Source of the DNA: Asterias rubens
Taxonomy: Eukaryota
Direction of reading: 5' to 3'
Length of the DNA: 64,000 nt
NCBI RefSeq assembly: GCF_902459465.1
Contig: NC_047080.1
Span: 4,154,001 to 4,218,000, forward strand
In this document: one piece after another, positions 36,720 through 55,335 of the stretch
How the letters are laid out: every line of letters begins with the position of its first letter
How positions within the stretch are numbered: position 1 is the stretch's first letter
Translations under genes and position numbers: made by a program
The notes under the pieces: model-generated
Told to the model about the DNA's origin: nothing
The model's input: the letters and a program-made list of their open reading frames with translations, nothing else
The model's database searches: none

Positions 36720-37130
36720 CTCCTAAAACAGCACACACACGGCGATCGAGTTTTGAGAAGTTCAAAGGTTGATAGCATGAACTTACCATTTTGAGTACAG
36801 GTAATACATTTTTTTTCGCGTAAACTTTAACTGGGTTTAACAATGTTTTCTGCAAAAACACAATTATAAAAAAATAAAAAAACACCATTTATTTAGCTGA
36901 AAATTTTAAATAAATTAGATATTTATATCTATTTTGATGACTCTTTGGGTTTTTTTATAAGGAAATTTAAAAGATATTTACTTTTCCTTAGAAGTGGTAT
37001 CGCCCAGCCAGCCACAAGCGATTTCTCAACGGCTATTTGCGGGCGTTCTCGGCACACAAACACACGTGACGACGACTGTTTGTAAGCATTTCATGAGAAA
37101 AGTGACACTGTCAGCATCACAACAACAGCA
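36720..37130. promoter_or_regulatory. Head-to-head promoter between the reticulocalbin-like gene (noncoding first exon) and ALDH9A1
   Basis: Two strong minus-strand donors (GAG|GTGAGT at 36719 and ATG|GTAAGT at 36786); the ALDH ATG is at 37131; CpG-rich patch at about 36990-37080. Confidence 0.55.
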
Positions 37131-42994
<5,864 letters not shown>

Positions 42995-43045
42995 AACAGA
43001 ACTTTGTTACCAGACTGTGGGCCTTTTGCCAAACCCTATGTACTG

Positions 43046-43236
43046 GGTTCAGTTTCATAGAGTTGCTTAAGCACAAAAAGTAGCTGAGCACAATCAAATT
43101 ATGCTTAGCAGAATATGGTTACCAGCCAAAATGCCATTTTGCATGAACAATCTGTAATGGGTACCCTGCCAAGTTTTGCTTAGCAGAAACTTGTTAAGCA
43201 ATATTGTCTGGATAAGCAGCTCTATGAAATTAGGCC
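43046..43236. mobile_element. Harbinger-like MITE about 50 nt downstream of the ALDH9A1 stop codon
   Basis: TSD CTG/CTG; TIR TTTCATAGAG(T/C)TGCTTA. Confidence 0.8.
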
Positions 43237-43576
43237 CTGGATTTACTCTTTGAATGTAAACAAGTGAAAAACCACTTGTTTTGTTTGCCATACCACTCTT
43301 TCTAAGAGCCATATGGCGGACAACTCTTTTAAGAGTGAAAGCTGGTACTTTCAACTTGATTTAGAGTTAAGGTCGTTCCAATTTCGCTCAAAAAGAGTGA
43401 CACGGATTGACTTTCACTCTCCTAAAAACCTGACACCTCGTAAAATGTTCACTCTTTTATATTAAAAGAGAATACGAAGGCTATGACCACTGTTGCTCTG
43501 GCCTTGGTCTTGGCCTTGGTGTCCCGTCCAAAGTTTCCCAATAAGATTTCCAATGGAGGTGCCCTTGGCAAAATGA

Positions 43577-43772
43577 AATAAACCGATCCAATTAGGCTCC
43601 GCCCATGACGCACGTGTGAGCAAGAACACGTGAGCCTCTCCAATGCCTTTCTGCACAAACTGCCGCGCACGCCAAGCATACGCGCACGCATGTCGAACCT
43701 TATTTGTCGGACCGTCGTTGTGTTGTGATTGGTCAATACGCAATGGGGCGGAGCTTAATGGATCGGTCTATT
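43577..43772. mobile_element. ~195-bp MITE with AATA(A/G)ACCGATCC TIRs, packed with promoter-type motifs
   Basis: TIR AATAAACCGATCCAATTAGGCTCCGCCC / GGGCGGAGCTTAATGGATCGGTCTATT; internal CACGTG at 43611 and 43627, plus CCAAT and GGGCGG boxes. Confidence 0.65.
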
Positions 43773-45139
43773 GGCCTTGCCTTTTTAAAGATGATATTCC
43801 AGGTCTGGCTCTGGTGGGGGCTAGTCTGAAACTGTTTTTTGTGCCACAGCTAGAAAGCTGTCTCTGTAGAGGAATACTACTCTCTAAAAAGAAAAATTAC
43901 ATCATGGGAATTTGTTGTATTATTTGAGAAAATGTTGATTTGTTGGGTAGGAATTCTCATAAAATATTCACATTATTTTAGGCATTTTAGACTGCCTAGA
44001 AAATCAAGTGCAGTCGCTGACAATTTAATTTGTCAGACAGACCTTGTTGTATTAAAACTGACATGTTCGATCAACTGATAGTTGGCATAGTTTTCCACAT
44101 TGGAAACTTTATAAGATTGTAATTAAAATTATGGTGAAAGGCGTGTACTCTGTTTTCAGTTGTCATGAAAGTGCACAACATCACTGGCAAATCTTGCCTT
44201 TTTTTTTTTATAGATTTCACTTAAGGGAGGACACTTAATTTGCTGAAATTTTCACAGTTTGCTTGTATTGTGTAATTAAAGGGCGGGAATAAATTACCTT
44301 ATTAATGAGATTATATTTATTTGTTTGGGGTTTCCTTTTAATTAATGTTTAATACAGTGAGGAATAGTTTTTTTTTTCTCACATGAACCAATTTTCACAG
44401 ATTTGTTAAATATATATATTTTTTTTTTATTGTTTTTTTTTATAGTATATTTTCGCTGATTGAATAATTTTTGGTCGAATGATGCTGTTACTTTCAAAGT
44501 AAACAAAAAACATGTAACAAGTTAACAAACTTTTGCACATGCCATAGACTGCAGAGAATACAAAGCATGCAAAGTGTTTGGACATGGAACCGAGTTACCA
44601 GTGATGTCGAGATCCAAAAAATACTTAATTTTTAGTTTTTAATTATTTTTAACTATTGCTTATTGTTTGGGATTTTGTGTGCAAATACCTCAAATAAAAG
44701 CATAAACTTACTCAAATCTGTAACAGCTATTTGATTTTCAAATCTGAATTTGATTGTGTGAAATAAAGATGACTATGTAAACTGAATACAAACATGGGTC
44801 TCGGAAATTCGGCTTGGTCCTGTATGTCATGGTCGCGATTATTGTTTTCCCTTATTTAGACCTAATTATAAAAAGCAGCAAAACTTTTGCCCATATTAAA
44901 TCAATCCTCCAGCCAAAATATGATTGGTCTTCAAATAAACTTATTTCATTACATAAAAAAGAGGGCTTCCAAGTTTCTTGGATGTTATCTTACAAAGTTT
45001 TTTTTTTTTTAAAGTTTGTTAAAACTTACTTTATAAGATAATATCTAAGGAATTTGGAAGCCTGTCTTTTTGTATTTTTATAAGATAATATAAGGTATTG
45101 GGAAGCCTGTCTTTTTGTATTTAATGAAATAAGTCTGTA

Positions 45140-45398
45140 GTTTTAAGCTAGCGCTGTTTGTCAGAGTGGTGCGCCCTCTTGGGACTTTCATTCGAGCGCC
45201 AAAGAAATCGTTGGCGCATGCGTATGTATCATCCCTTCGAAGCGCCCGTCGACACGTGTGAACGACTGCAAAAAGGGAGCAGAATTTTCCTCAAAAATTG
45301 TACCTTTTTCTGTGGGCAGAAATGGTTCAAACATGAGCCACAAATGCTTTGAGAACTATAGAGCAGGATGTTTCTTCAAAATAGCGGTTCAGAGATCG
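45140..45398 (+). promoter_or_regulatory. Orphan CpG-rich promoter-like island
   Basis: NRF1-like GCGCATGCGT at 45214, E-box CACGTG at 45253, CTCF-like GCGCCCTCTTGGG at 45171 and a plus-strand donor TCG|GTAAGT at 45399. No coding gene could be assigned. Confidence 0.4.
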
Positions 45399-46966
45399 GT
45401 AAGTTTGTAAAATTGTCGGGGAAAATCAGGGAGGGAATTTTTGATAATTCAAACAAAATGCATTTTCGTCTGCCAGGCCCCAGTGCTGGTAAATGCCATA
45501 GCTTGGGAGAAACTGTTTCAATGTTTTATAACTTAAGTATCATTTCAAGATTTGTTGTTGTTTATTATTATTTATTTTAAACAGTTACATTGACCAGAAG
45601 TAGTCCAGGGAAGTTTATAAAAGTTTAAAAACTGTTATCAAGTGTCTTCCACATTGTATCTGACCTCCAATTTTTGTAGCTTGCGAGACCTGGTCACTTT
45701 CTTTTGCTTTTCACTTCATTGACTTTATTTCCCTTTCATAATCCTGCAGAGCAATTTGAGCAACAGAGTGAAATCCTGGTCTGCATTATTTATTTTTATT
45801 CCCCCCTTCTTTCATATCCTAAAAGGGGACAAGTCATTACTCCCAAATTTTAAACTTTTTAAATCTCTCTTTGAAAAAAAAACATTTTTCCCTTTTTGAG
45901 TGTCATTATAGGTTCTATTTCTTTCAGTTTGGATTCAAAACATTCTCCAATTGTCTCCCATCAATGATTTTTCTGTCCAGTTCATAACAAATAGCATACC
46001 AAGAGTGCCTAAAATGGGCTTGTTTCATAGAATGGCGGTGGAAATTTTGTGTAAAGTTAACCAGAAATGCCTCCCCATACTGAAGAATCGTGCACCACCT
46101 TGTGCCCCCCTAAAATGTTACCTTAGTTTTTGTGCAGCAATCCGGGAGAGGTAATATTAATAACACAGGACGTTTGTATTTAATTGGGACGCCATTTTTT
46201 TTTTTCATTATGTAAAGAATATGAACTAGTATTATCATGGTGCAGCCACCTTGTTTTCCTTCATTCTTACCAATGTAACCAAACCGAGGCTGGAAGGCAG
46301 TGGTGTACAACCCCCTCCCCTAATGCCCCCCCCCCCCCTCCATTTAAAATCTAACCCTTTGGGATTGGAAATTTCCAGAGTAAACCTTTACATTTGATGT
46401 ACTTTAATAGGGTGATAAATTTTGATGTTTCATAAGTCTGGTGCAACCCTGTTTTTGACACTTCTAGTTGCAGTTGGTGAAGATACTTGAGGTATATGTA
46501 AAGCTAAAAATAATTAAAATAGTAATAATTATTTTTCACATTTTTTCTCTCCACATGTACTTCTGGGTGGGAGATCAAGAATCCTGCGTCTTGGTTGGAG
46601 TGCCTTCAGTGCAGTTTCATCCAGCAGCAGGGTGGCCAGAGGAGGAAAGCAGAGTGATGTCTCTAGAACTGCAGAGCATGAAATACTGAGAGATCTCCTG
46701 GACATATCAGAAGGTTATTTTGTAAAATCAAAACTTTTAAATTTGAACTTTACAATAGTGCATCTGAGTCCAATCATAAACGCAGAAATTCTAATTCCTG
46801 AAGAGACCAGTGTATCTGGAAGCGATTTCACTTCTGATAGACTACCCTTGCCTACTTGGCTGTGTTTGTTACATTACATTTTGATAGCTTCATGCTTGGA
46901 ACTTCTAGCAATAAGATACCCAAGTAGGCCTTATGATTAGGGTGCTTGAACAAAAAGCAACATTAA

Positions 46967-47308
46967 AGACACTGGACACTATTGGTAATTGTCAAAGACT
47001 ATAGTCTTCATAGTTGGTGTATCTCAACATACGCATAAAATAACAAACCTGTGAAAATTTGAGCTCAAAAGCAAGATAAAAATAAAGGTGTGCTTTCAAA
47101 TGCTTGATTTCGAGACCTCGAATTCTAAATCTGAGGTCTCGAAATCAAGTTCGTGGAAAATTACTTCTTTCTCAAAAACTACATTACTTCAGAGGGAGCC
47201 GTTTCTCACAATTTTTTATACCATCGATCTGTTCTCATTACTTGTTACCAAGAAAGGTTTTATGCTAGTAATTCAATTTTGAGTAATTACCAATAGTGTC
47301 CACTGCCT
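46967..47308. mobile_element. Kolobok-like MITE, same family as 24709-25088
   Basis: TTAA|AGACACTGGACACTATTGGTAATT ... AATTACCAATAGTGTCCACTGCCT. Confidence 0.8.
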
Positions 47309-49371
47309 CTAAGTTTTAAGGGTCTTGTAGATTATTACGAATTATGAGCCCAATTTAAAATATCTAGACTCTAAGAACATCACATTAATCCACGTTTAGT
47401 GAGCCGATAGGGACAGCACCAACCATCGGACATCAACCCTCAGAAATCTGTTTCTCAGATTAAAATGTGTTTTGGTGGAAACTATAAAAAGGAATGTTTC
47501 CAAAATGGTTTATATTATCACCAGCGGCAGTGCTTCTCACATGTTAATTAATATGTGGACTATTTACAAATCTATGACCTTACTATGACCCTACCTTAAA
47601 ATTAAAGCAATACAAACAAATGAATGCTACAAGATTTTCAAGGATTTCTGTAATTTAAACCTCAAAGTCAATTATGACAACACACGTGACACAGTACAAT
47701 GCACATTATAGTAACGAATCATTTTATTCAAGAGACCATTTACTAAATAAAATTCAAATTGTCGGCCCCTCTAAAGATCTAGCTATATAATCATATGCCA
47801 GTTATTATATAAGCCTTAAGGATTTTATACAAAACCATAATTTTTCTCATACCCACTTATATTGTATAATGATACATTGTATTGACATGTGAAAAAAAAA
47901 GAAGTTAGGCTTAGAGTGCCCTATGGTGGCACTCTTCTGTGTTGTTTCCTGAATTAATTATGGAGTCTTTTGTTTCCATTGGTGGTTGGATATTTGCCAG
48001 TTGTAACAAATTCAAAGTGAATGTGTATACACTATTCAAATCATTAAAACTTTATGCAGTTTGAATAATTTCATGCTTTTACAAAAATTTCTGGAAACAA
48101 TCTCTTAAAACTGAGATTTGTTTTGAAAGAAAACAAAAAACTGGCAAATTTTAACCATCAATTAGAATAAACGAGGGTTAACCAAGGATAGTTAGCTCAA
48201 TACTTCAAAGAGATCCCTTTCACATTTTAAAGCAAAAATGCAATTAAAACCTTGTGATGAAATTTTCCTGTACGAGAACCTACGAAATAATAACTTTCTG
48301 GTGAATGACAAATTTTTTTACTGGTATTACAGCGCGTAAAAAGAGTGTAGAACTCAATTAATAAACAAAAATCTTTTTTGGAGAACTTTGAAGTTGAAAA
48401 TGTAAAACAAATTTAAGCATGTCAAAGGATCTCTAAGTACTGAGCTAATACTTATATGTTACTTAAAAATGAGTCAGATGCAATAATATAACAGAATGAG
48501 CAAATTTCAAAATGTAATCAAATGCTGAAATTATTGTTTCTTTTTAAAGGAAAAACCTTGTATCTTCACACTTTTCATACGTTCACTTGTGAACATTTCT
48601 TTCCCATGTATTATTTTTGATACTAAAAAGAATCAGTTTGTTTCCAATCAAAACATTTTACTTTTTTGAAAAACACATAAATCTGACTCATATTAAGTAA
48701 CATATTACATGTTAAAGTGGAAAAGTTTAAAGGTGTTTTTGTTATTGCTTTGTGGTGTGACCTATTTCCTTTTTTGATGTTCCTTCTTTCGATCGTCCAA
48801 AAATATAGCAACAATTTCGTTAATTTTTCAAAGTGTCAAGCAATTCGAGTTAAAACTAAACTCAATCATTTACTCCATGTTGTTTTAAAAACATCAACAC
48901 AGTACTTTAGCTTGTTATTTGTTATTTAACAAGAAAAGCAAATTTTAGGAGGGCAAAAAAAAAAAGCCTAGCAAAAAAGGTCACAGTATAACAGCAATAA
49001 TTTGACAGCTTTAAACTATAAGGGGCTGCATTGCATAAAGACAGAGATAAAGTCTAATGTTTAGAGTATTGATCTGTACTATTATAAGCCTGTACATAGT
49101 TGGAGTTGTATTAAGGGTGAAATCTAAAAAGGCTTTATATAGTTAAGTTCACTACAACAAACAGTAAACTTCATCTCTATATATAAGTCTAAAATGCAGT
49201 CCCTTTTTATTTCCATTTTGACAAAATAACCTTGGTTGACCCCCTATCTAAAAAGTTGGGATATCACTAAGGGGGGGTAGGGCCAAAAATTTCACGCAGT
49301 TAATTTCGAATTGTACAACGGAACGAAAAATTTATTTGGCTGACTTAGTCTATATAAAAAGAGTTATTTTT

Positions 49372-52300
49372 AAGGCATTTTTATAAAAAAAAAGCACCAC
49401 TGAACTGTAGAAGCAGCAGAGTTGCGCAAACGTGTGTGCCGGTCGGTGTGGCCAACTACTATCTAGAAAGTGAAGCGACTTAATGATCTAAGTGTTAATG
49501 GAAGGAAAGCATTTTATTAAGTTAAATCAAGTTAATGTTTCATTGATAGTATGTTTTACCAAAGTCCTGCCTTACATGATTGACAAACTAAAAAGATTGT
49601 TTTTTTTAAAAGTCCGAAGCCAAAAATTAATAAATAATTTTGTTTTAAAGTCCAAAACAAAAGTCGGAAAGTATTCTTAGTTGCCCGTTAAAATGTTTGA
49701 TGAATCAAGTGTACCGTCGGACGTCTCCCCCTGTTCGGGCAAACACGTCGCTAAGTTCTTGGAGTAAAGTTTCAAGTTTGAATTTTGGTTGAAGTGAAAA
49801 AGGACGCTTCCACTCCCTCACCAATTGAGTCCTGTACCATCAGAATAACAAAGACTTCAACCCAGATGGTGATGCGCTGATCAGAGAAACAAGATTCCAA
49901 CATGGCGGCTGAACTTTACAAATTTTGTGAATTTTTGCATTGAGCACCCCCCCCCCCACCAAAAAAAAAGGAACAAAATCTGCTTGTTCTTTTCAATGAT
50001 AACAGCATACTCAGGAATGTATTGGTTTCACTTGAATTAAATATTACATGTTACACACTTCACATAAATTTTGATTCACATCAAATGTGGGTTTTGAATT
50101 TGTTAAAATGTTGTCACATTCTCCATGTACAAATTTCGCACAAATTTTAAGTCAAACTTGTAAGTGTGGTTATACATGTACATGTCATTCAGATTAGCAT
50201 CTTGATTGCGATAAGTATCATTACAGGAGATATTGTAGATGACATTGGGTTTATGAAGAATAACTAGACAACCTAACACCTGTTTTTATAAACCAAGCCT
50301 ATTAAGAGCCTAAAAATGCCTAACTCTACTAACTACAACAAAGTTCCGAAACCTACGTAATTACGACTTAATGATAAAGTTCTGATAAATCTGCCTACCA
50401 ATCCATGCATAATATTACCTCTAACATTTGATCTCTGAAATTTTGTAGGACTTATTTTTGCACAAAGTTAAGTCTAATGTTATCGTCTGAAATTTTAGAT
50501 TCTATCTGTGACGCTGAACTGGTCTAGGCCTAATGTAAATTCTGAAAACTTGGATACTAACTATGACGCTGAAACAAGTCTAATGTTAATGGCTGAAAAA
50601 CTAAGATTCTAACTGTGACGCTAAAACAAGTCTAATGTCAACGGCTGAAAAACTAAGATTCTTACTGTGACGGTGAAACAAGTCTAATGTTCACTTCTGA
50701 AAACTAAGATTCTTAAACTTGGACGCTGAAACAAATCTAATGTTAACGTCTGAAACAAAGATTCTAACTGTGACGCTGAAACAATTCTAACAGTGTTTAT
50801 CAGTTAACCAAGTCTATAACTACATGTACTTGGTCATGCGGGAAACTACTAATTTTGTTATGAAGCCCTTGATCTACATTTTCTAGTGGCCAATGATAAT
50901 AAAGATGTTCAGAGAATTTGTGACTTTAATCATAAGGGGCAATGTCGTTCGGTTGTTTACATCATACATTACTTCCTAAACTAGTAATCATTTAGACGCC
51001 TGACTCCTTTTAGAGCATGTCACACAGCTGAGTGACATTAAATGGTTTAACAGTAAGAGGGTTTACTTAAAACCTATTGAATTTTAACTAAGTGAAGTAC
51101 ACGTCAGGTACATGTAGTTATTTAAATCTACTGTGGTTTAGTACTAAAAATATGTTTCTACAAATCATGCACAACGGCAAGATTTGTAAAGCCTGACTCC
51201 TTTAAGATGTCCTAATGCAAGATGACCTATTGTCTTGGTCGCTTATAGAGGTCCAATGGTTTAGCAGTGAAAGGGTTAACTAGTTAACTAAAACCTATTG
51301 AACTTTTATTTTGTTTTGCTAATCATGCTCAAAAGCAGGATTTGTAACTTTTAAGTTAAAGGCCAATGTCTACTGGCCAGTATCATTTACATCATTTCCT
51401 GAAGTGATTGTCGTTAACATTACCTACTATGTACAATAATAATGGAGCTGCATGTCCACTCAGACCCATCACAAATGACCTTGCGATCGGTCACTTAAAT
51501 AGGTCAATAGTTTAGCGTCATAGACTGAATAACGCCAACCAGTTAAGCAGAACAGGGGTTCTAACTAGCATGTACATAATGCACAACAGCAACTGCATGT
51601 GTATCACTGACATTAATACTTCTACAACAAGGACCCTAGCTAGGCTATCTAAACACTGTTAACCATTCTAACTCCTGAAGGAGTTAACACAACCTACTGT
51701 ACCTGAGTCCTAAATCTAAGTACATAACGCATAACAGCAGCTTTCTAAAAAGTAATGTTGTTTCTTCTACAACTAGGACCCTGTTTACTTCCTACACAAT
51801 CCCAATGTCATCTTTGATATCTCCTTTTGATACAGTCAAAACTTCTTAACGCAAGTGAAACCAATGTAAAACACCTGAGTACCTGAGTGAAATGTGAATA
51901 GCCATGTTCAGAATCTCATTTCTCCGACCCTCGCACCAACATCTGGGTAGAAGTCTCTGTCATCCGTCAAGTTCAGAGGCTCCTTCAGATCGGAAGAGGA
52001 TGTCCGGTGTAGAAAAGTTGCTCAAAAAGTAGACCTGTTTACACAGGAACAGTATAGAGAGACGGGTACCAACTTAGGATAACAAAATGATCAGGTAAAA
52101 AATGTGAAAAAAAGTGCAATGGTCCTCAGTCCTTGACACTTTCGATACAGGCCCCCAAAGACTTCAACAGGCAACCGAATCCTTTCTTTCTTAGGTTTTG
52201 TTTTTTGTTAGAGATCGGAAAGTTGAAATTAGTTTGTCAATCATGTAAGGTAGGACACCGGTAAGACAGACTACCAGCGCCACATCAACAAGATTTCACT

Positions 52301-52449
52301 TAATAAAATGCTTACCCAACCATTAACTCTTGGATCATTAGGTCGCCACACATTCCAGATAGTAGTAGGCCACACCAACCGGCACACACGTTTGCACAAC
52401 TCTGCTGCTTCTACAGTTCAGTGGTACTTTTTTTTTATAAAAATGCCTT
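49372..52449. mobile_element. Candidate ~3.1-kb non-autonomous element with ~220-bp terminal inverted repeats
   Basis: 49372-49591 is the reverse complement of 52229-52449; the outer ~130 bp are highly similar and the inner part is more diverged. There is no transposase ORF and no clear TSD. Confidence 0.65.
50471..50790. repeat. ~52-bp minisatellite, about 6 units
   Basis: CTAATGTTAATGGCTGAAAAACTAAGATTCTAACTGTGACGCTGAAACAAGT; CTAATGT recurs at 50474, 50530, 50580, 50632, 50684 and 50737. Confidence 0.85.
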
Positions 52450-53921
52450 TTTTTTTTTTACAATTGTGTGATTTATACAATTGAAACATATTTACATAAA
52501 TGACAATCAAACAAATCAACATGTGAGTCACTCCTATGTATGTCTCAGTGCCTATTTAAACTTATGGTAAATATAAAAAAAAAACTGGGGAAAAAAACAA
52601 CAAATAAATTTTGATCAAAAACATTGAATGAATGAAGCTTGAGTAAAATTGGTCTTTGTATAAATTTGTTTTTCTAAACTGATCAACAAAAATATTCAAT
52701 TAACAACTCCAGGAGGCATTAATTAAATAGAACAATAAAGATAAAATCATTTGGAAAATTGAATATCGTTGAAATTTTATGTTAACATAAAAAAGGGCAA
52801 ATAATGAATTTTCTAGAAGAATCTGGCAATTCCATAAAGAAATCAATGACTTCAGGAGCCACTAATCTCCATACTGACAAGAAAAAAATTAGTGCATTGC
52901 TTTTGTTTTATCATTATACATGTATTTATTTTATATATTGCTTTTTACAGAGTTTTTGAATAAAAGAAGGAAAACCAACCAATAAAAGAATTGATTCTTA
53001 TGTGCGCAAACTGTGGATGTTTTTTGACGTGTCTTTACCTTTAAGTGTAAACAGGCTGCAGAGACCAGTAACCTGAAGTTGTCACAGGTTTTCTTTAATA
53101 GATACACTTCACTTGGAGAGAGTTAATTAATTTTTGTCAGCAAGAAAGTTTCTGCCAACTAAAAGCTCACTAAAATAATTTATTTGTTGAACATGAAGAA
53201 CTTGTACTATGTTATTTTTGTCCAGAGTGACTCACATGTTGATTTGAAACATTTAAATTCAATGTAACATCATTAACAATAATAATATAATTTAGTTCAA
53301 GAAATGGTTCAGGATCAATCTTTGGCTTGAAACAAAAATATAAATTTTCTGGATTGCTGCAAAAAAAAACAAGGATACAAATGTCATAATAAAAGACTAA
53401 CACAGTTTTTGTGTAATTTTTTTTGTATTGATGCATATTTTGGAAAAAAAAAACATAACTATTCAAGATGCCCGTGAGTACCCCTACAAATTTCATAAGA
53501 TTTCAGTAGAAAGTGAATTAAAAAATACTTGATGGCCTTTTAAAAATAAAAATCAAATGTGGATTTCAACCAGTTTGGAATCAGGTAATGATTTCTTAGT
53601 TTGGTTATTTTTAATAGAATTTCAAGAGTTGATTATATTAGAAAATCTTTCTTTGGGAGAAATACAACAAACCCCTTGTGAAGATTTGGTCTGATATGAA
53701 ATCCTGAACCATTTCTTAAAACAAAATATGGGATAGATCCAATCATGGAGAAACTATGGTTTCTTATTTCCAATTTGCTAATAGAAGCCATGTTAGTTTT
53801 ACAGATGCCACAAATGCCATGCAAGTCTTTGTGAGTCATCACTACTCAAAAGGATTGTGGAATAAAGAGTAAGTGACTGCCAGATCTGCTGGACACCACT
53901 AAAGTTAGTGAACCCTTGCCT

Positions 53922-55335
53922 AGCCCCTAGTGGAAAGGGTACATGGATCGAGTCAGGTGTTGGCATGCCATCTTGAAGCCTTGGCTGTTTCAGCGTTAGG
54001 CAAGATCTCTAGCTTATCCCCAAGTGGAAAGGGGACAAGGATTGAGTCTTGGATGGTTTATGTATACAGGCCTGTATGCTTCGTTTTTGAAAGGGCAAGG
54101 GCACCAAGGCATTTTCTCTGTGGCAAAGGGCACCCTATGAGGAAATTGTAAATTTCTACTGGAGCATTTCAAGGGCACCAAGGCAATGACAAGGGGCAAC
54201 GGAGGCAATCGCCTCCATTGCCTCCATGAAGTATCAGGCCTGATGTATAACAAGGGATGTGAAACCCCTACCCCCAGTTGAAAGGGGTCAAGGATTGAGT
54301 CATGTGCTTGCCACTACCTATTCAAATCTAGATAGCGAGACCTATGGCTACCCCCAGTGGAAAGGGGACAAGGATTGAGTCAAGTGCTGGCCACTACCTC
54401 ATTCAAGCCTCGACTGTATCAGTGTTAGCGAGACCTCTGGCCTACCCCCAGTGGAAAGCGGACAAGGATTGAGTCATGTGCTGACCACTACCTCATTTAA
54501 GCCTTGACTGTTTCAGTGATAGCGAGACCTATGGCTACCCCCAGTGGAAAGGGGACAAGGATTGAGTCATGTGCTGGCCACTACCTCATCCAAGCCTCGA
54601 CTATATCAGTGTTAGCGAGACCTCTGGCCTACCCCCAGTGGAAAGGGGACAAGGATTGAGTCAAGTGCTGGCCACTACCTCATTCAAGCCTTGACTGTTT
54701 CAGTGATAGCGAGACCTCTGGCCTACCCCCAGTGGAAAAGGGACAAGGATTGAGTCATGTGCTGGCCACTACCTCATTCAAGCCTTGACTGTTTCAGTGA
54801 TAGCAAGACCTATGGCTATACCCCTGGTGGAAAGGGGACAAGGATTGAGTCATGTGCTGGCCACTACCTCATTCAAGCCTCGACTGTATCAGTGTTAGCG
54901 AGACCTCTGGCCTACCCCCAGTGGAAAGCGGACAAGGATTGAGTCATGTGCTGACCACTACCTCATTTGAGCCTTGACTGTTTCAGTGATGGCGAGACCT
55001 CCGACTACCCCCAGTGGAAAAGGGACAAGGATTGAGTCATGTGCTGGCCACTACCTCATTCAAGCCTCGACTGTATCAGTGTTAGCGAGACCTCTGGCCT
55101 ACCCCCAGTGGAAAGGGGACAAGGATTGAGTCATGTGCTGGCCACTACCTCATTTGAGCCTGGACTGTTTCAGTGATGGCGAGACCTCTGACTACCCCCA
55201 GTGGAAAGGGGACAAGGATTGTGTCATATGCTGGCCACTACCTCATTCAAGCCTAGACTGTTTCAGTGATAGCCCAACCCCAGTTGAAAGGGGTAAAGGA
55301 TTGCGTCTTGTGCTGGCCTCTACCTTTAAGCCTTG
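53922..55335. repeat. 93/94-bp minisatellite, about 13-14 units
   Basis: Unit CCCCCAGTGGAAAGGGGACAAGGATTGAGTCATGTGCTGGCCACTACCTCATTCAAGCCTCGACTGTATCAGTGTTAGCGAGACCTCTGGCCTA, starting at 54351, 54445, 54538, 54632, 54726, 54821, 54915, 55008, 55102 and 55195. The edge units are more diverged. Confidence 0.95.
54067..54242. mobile_element. hAT-like MITE (CAGGCCTG termini) inserted into the 93/94-bp array
   Basis: Imperfect ~15-bp TIR and the direct repeat ATGTATA on both flanks. An inverted copy is at about 63432-63602, and relatives with AAGGGCACC motifs are at 35193-35344, 56613 and 58820. Confidence 0.8.

Noticed and set aside
53922-55335. CRISPR-like or ribozyme (retrozyme) interpretation of the 93/94-bp array
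   Set aside because: The units are head-to-tail with no unique spacers and there are no cas genes. I found no hammerhead core (CUGANGA...GAAA) or HDV-like fold on either strand by eye.
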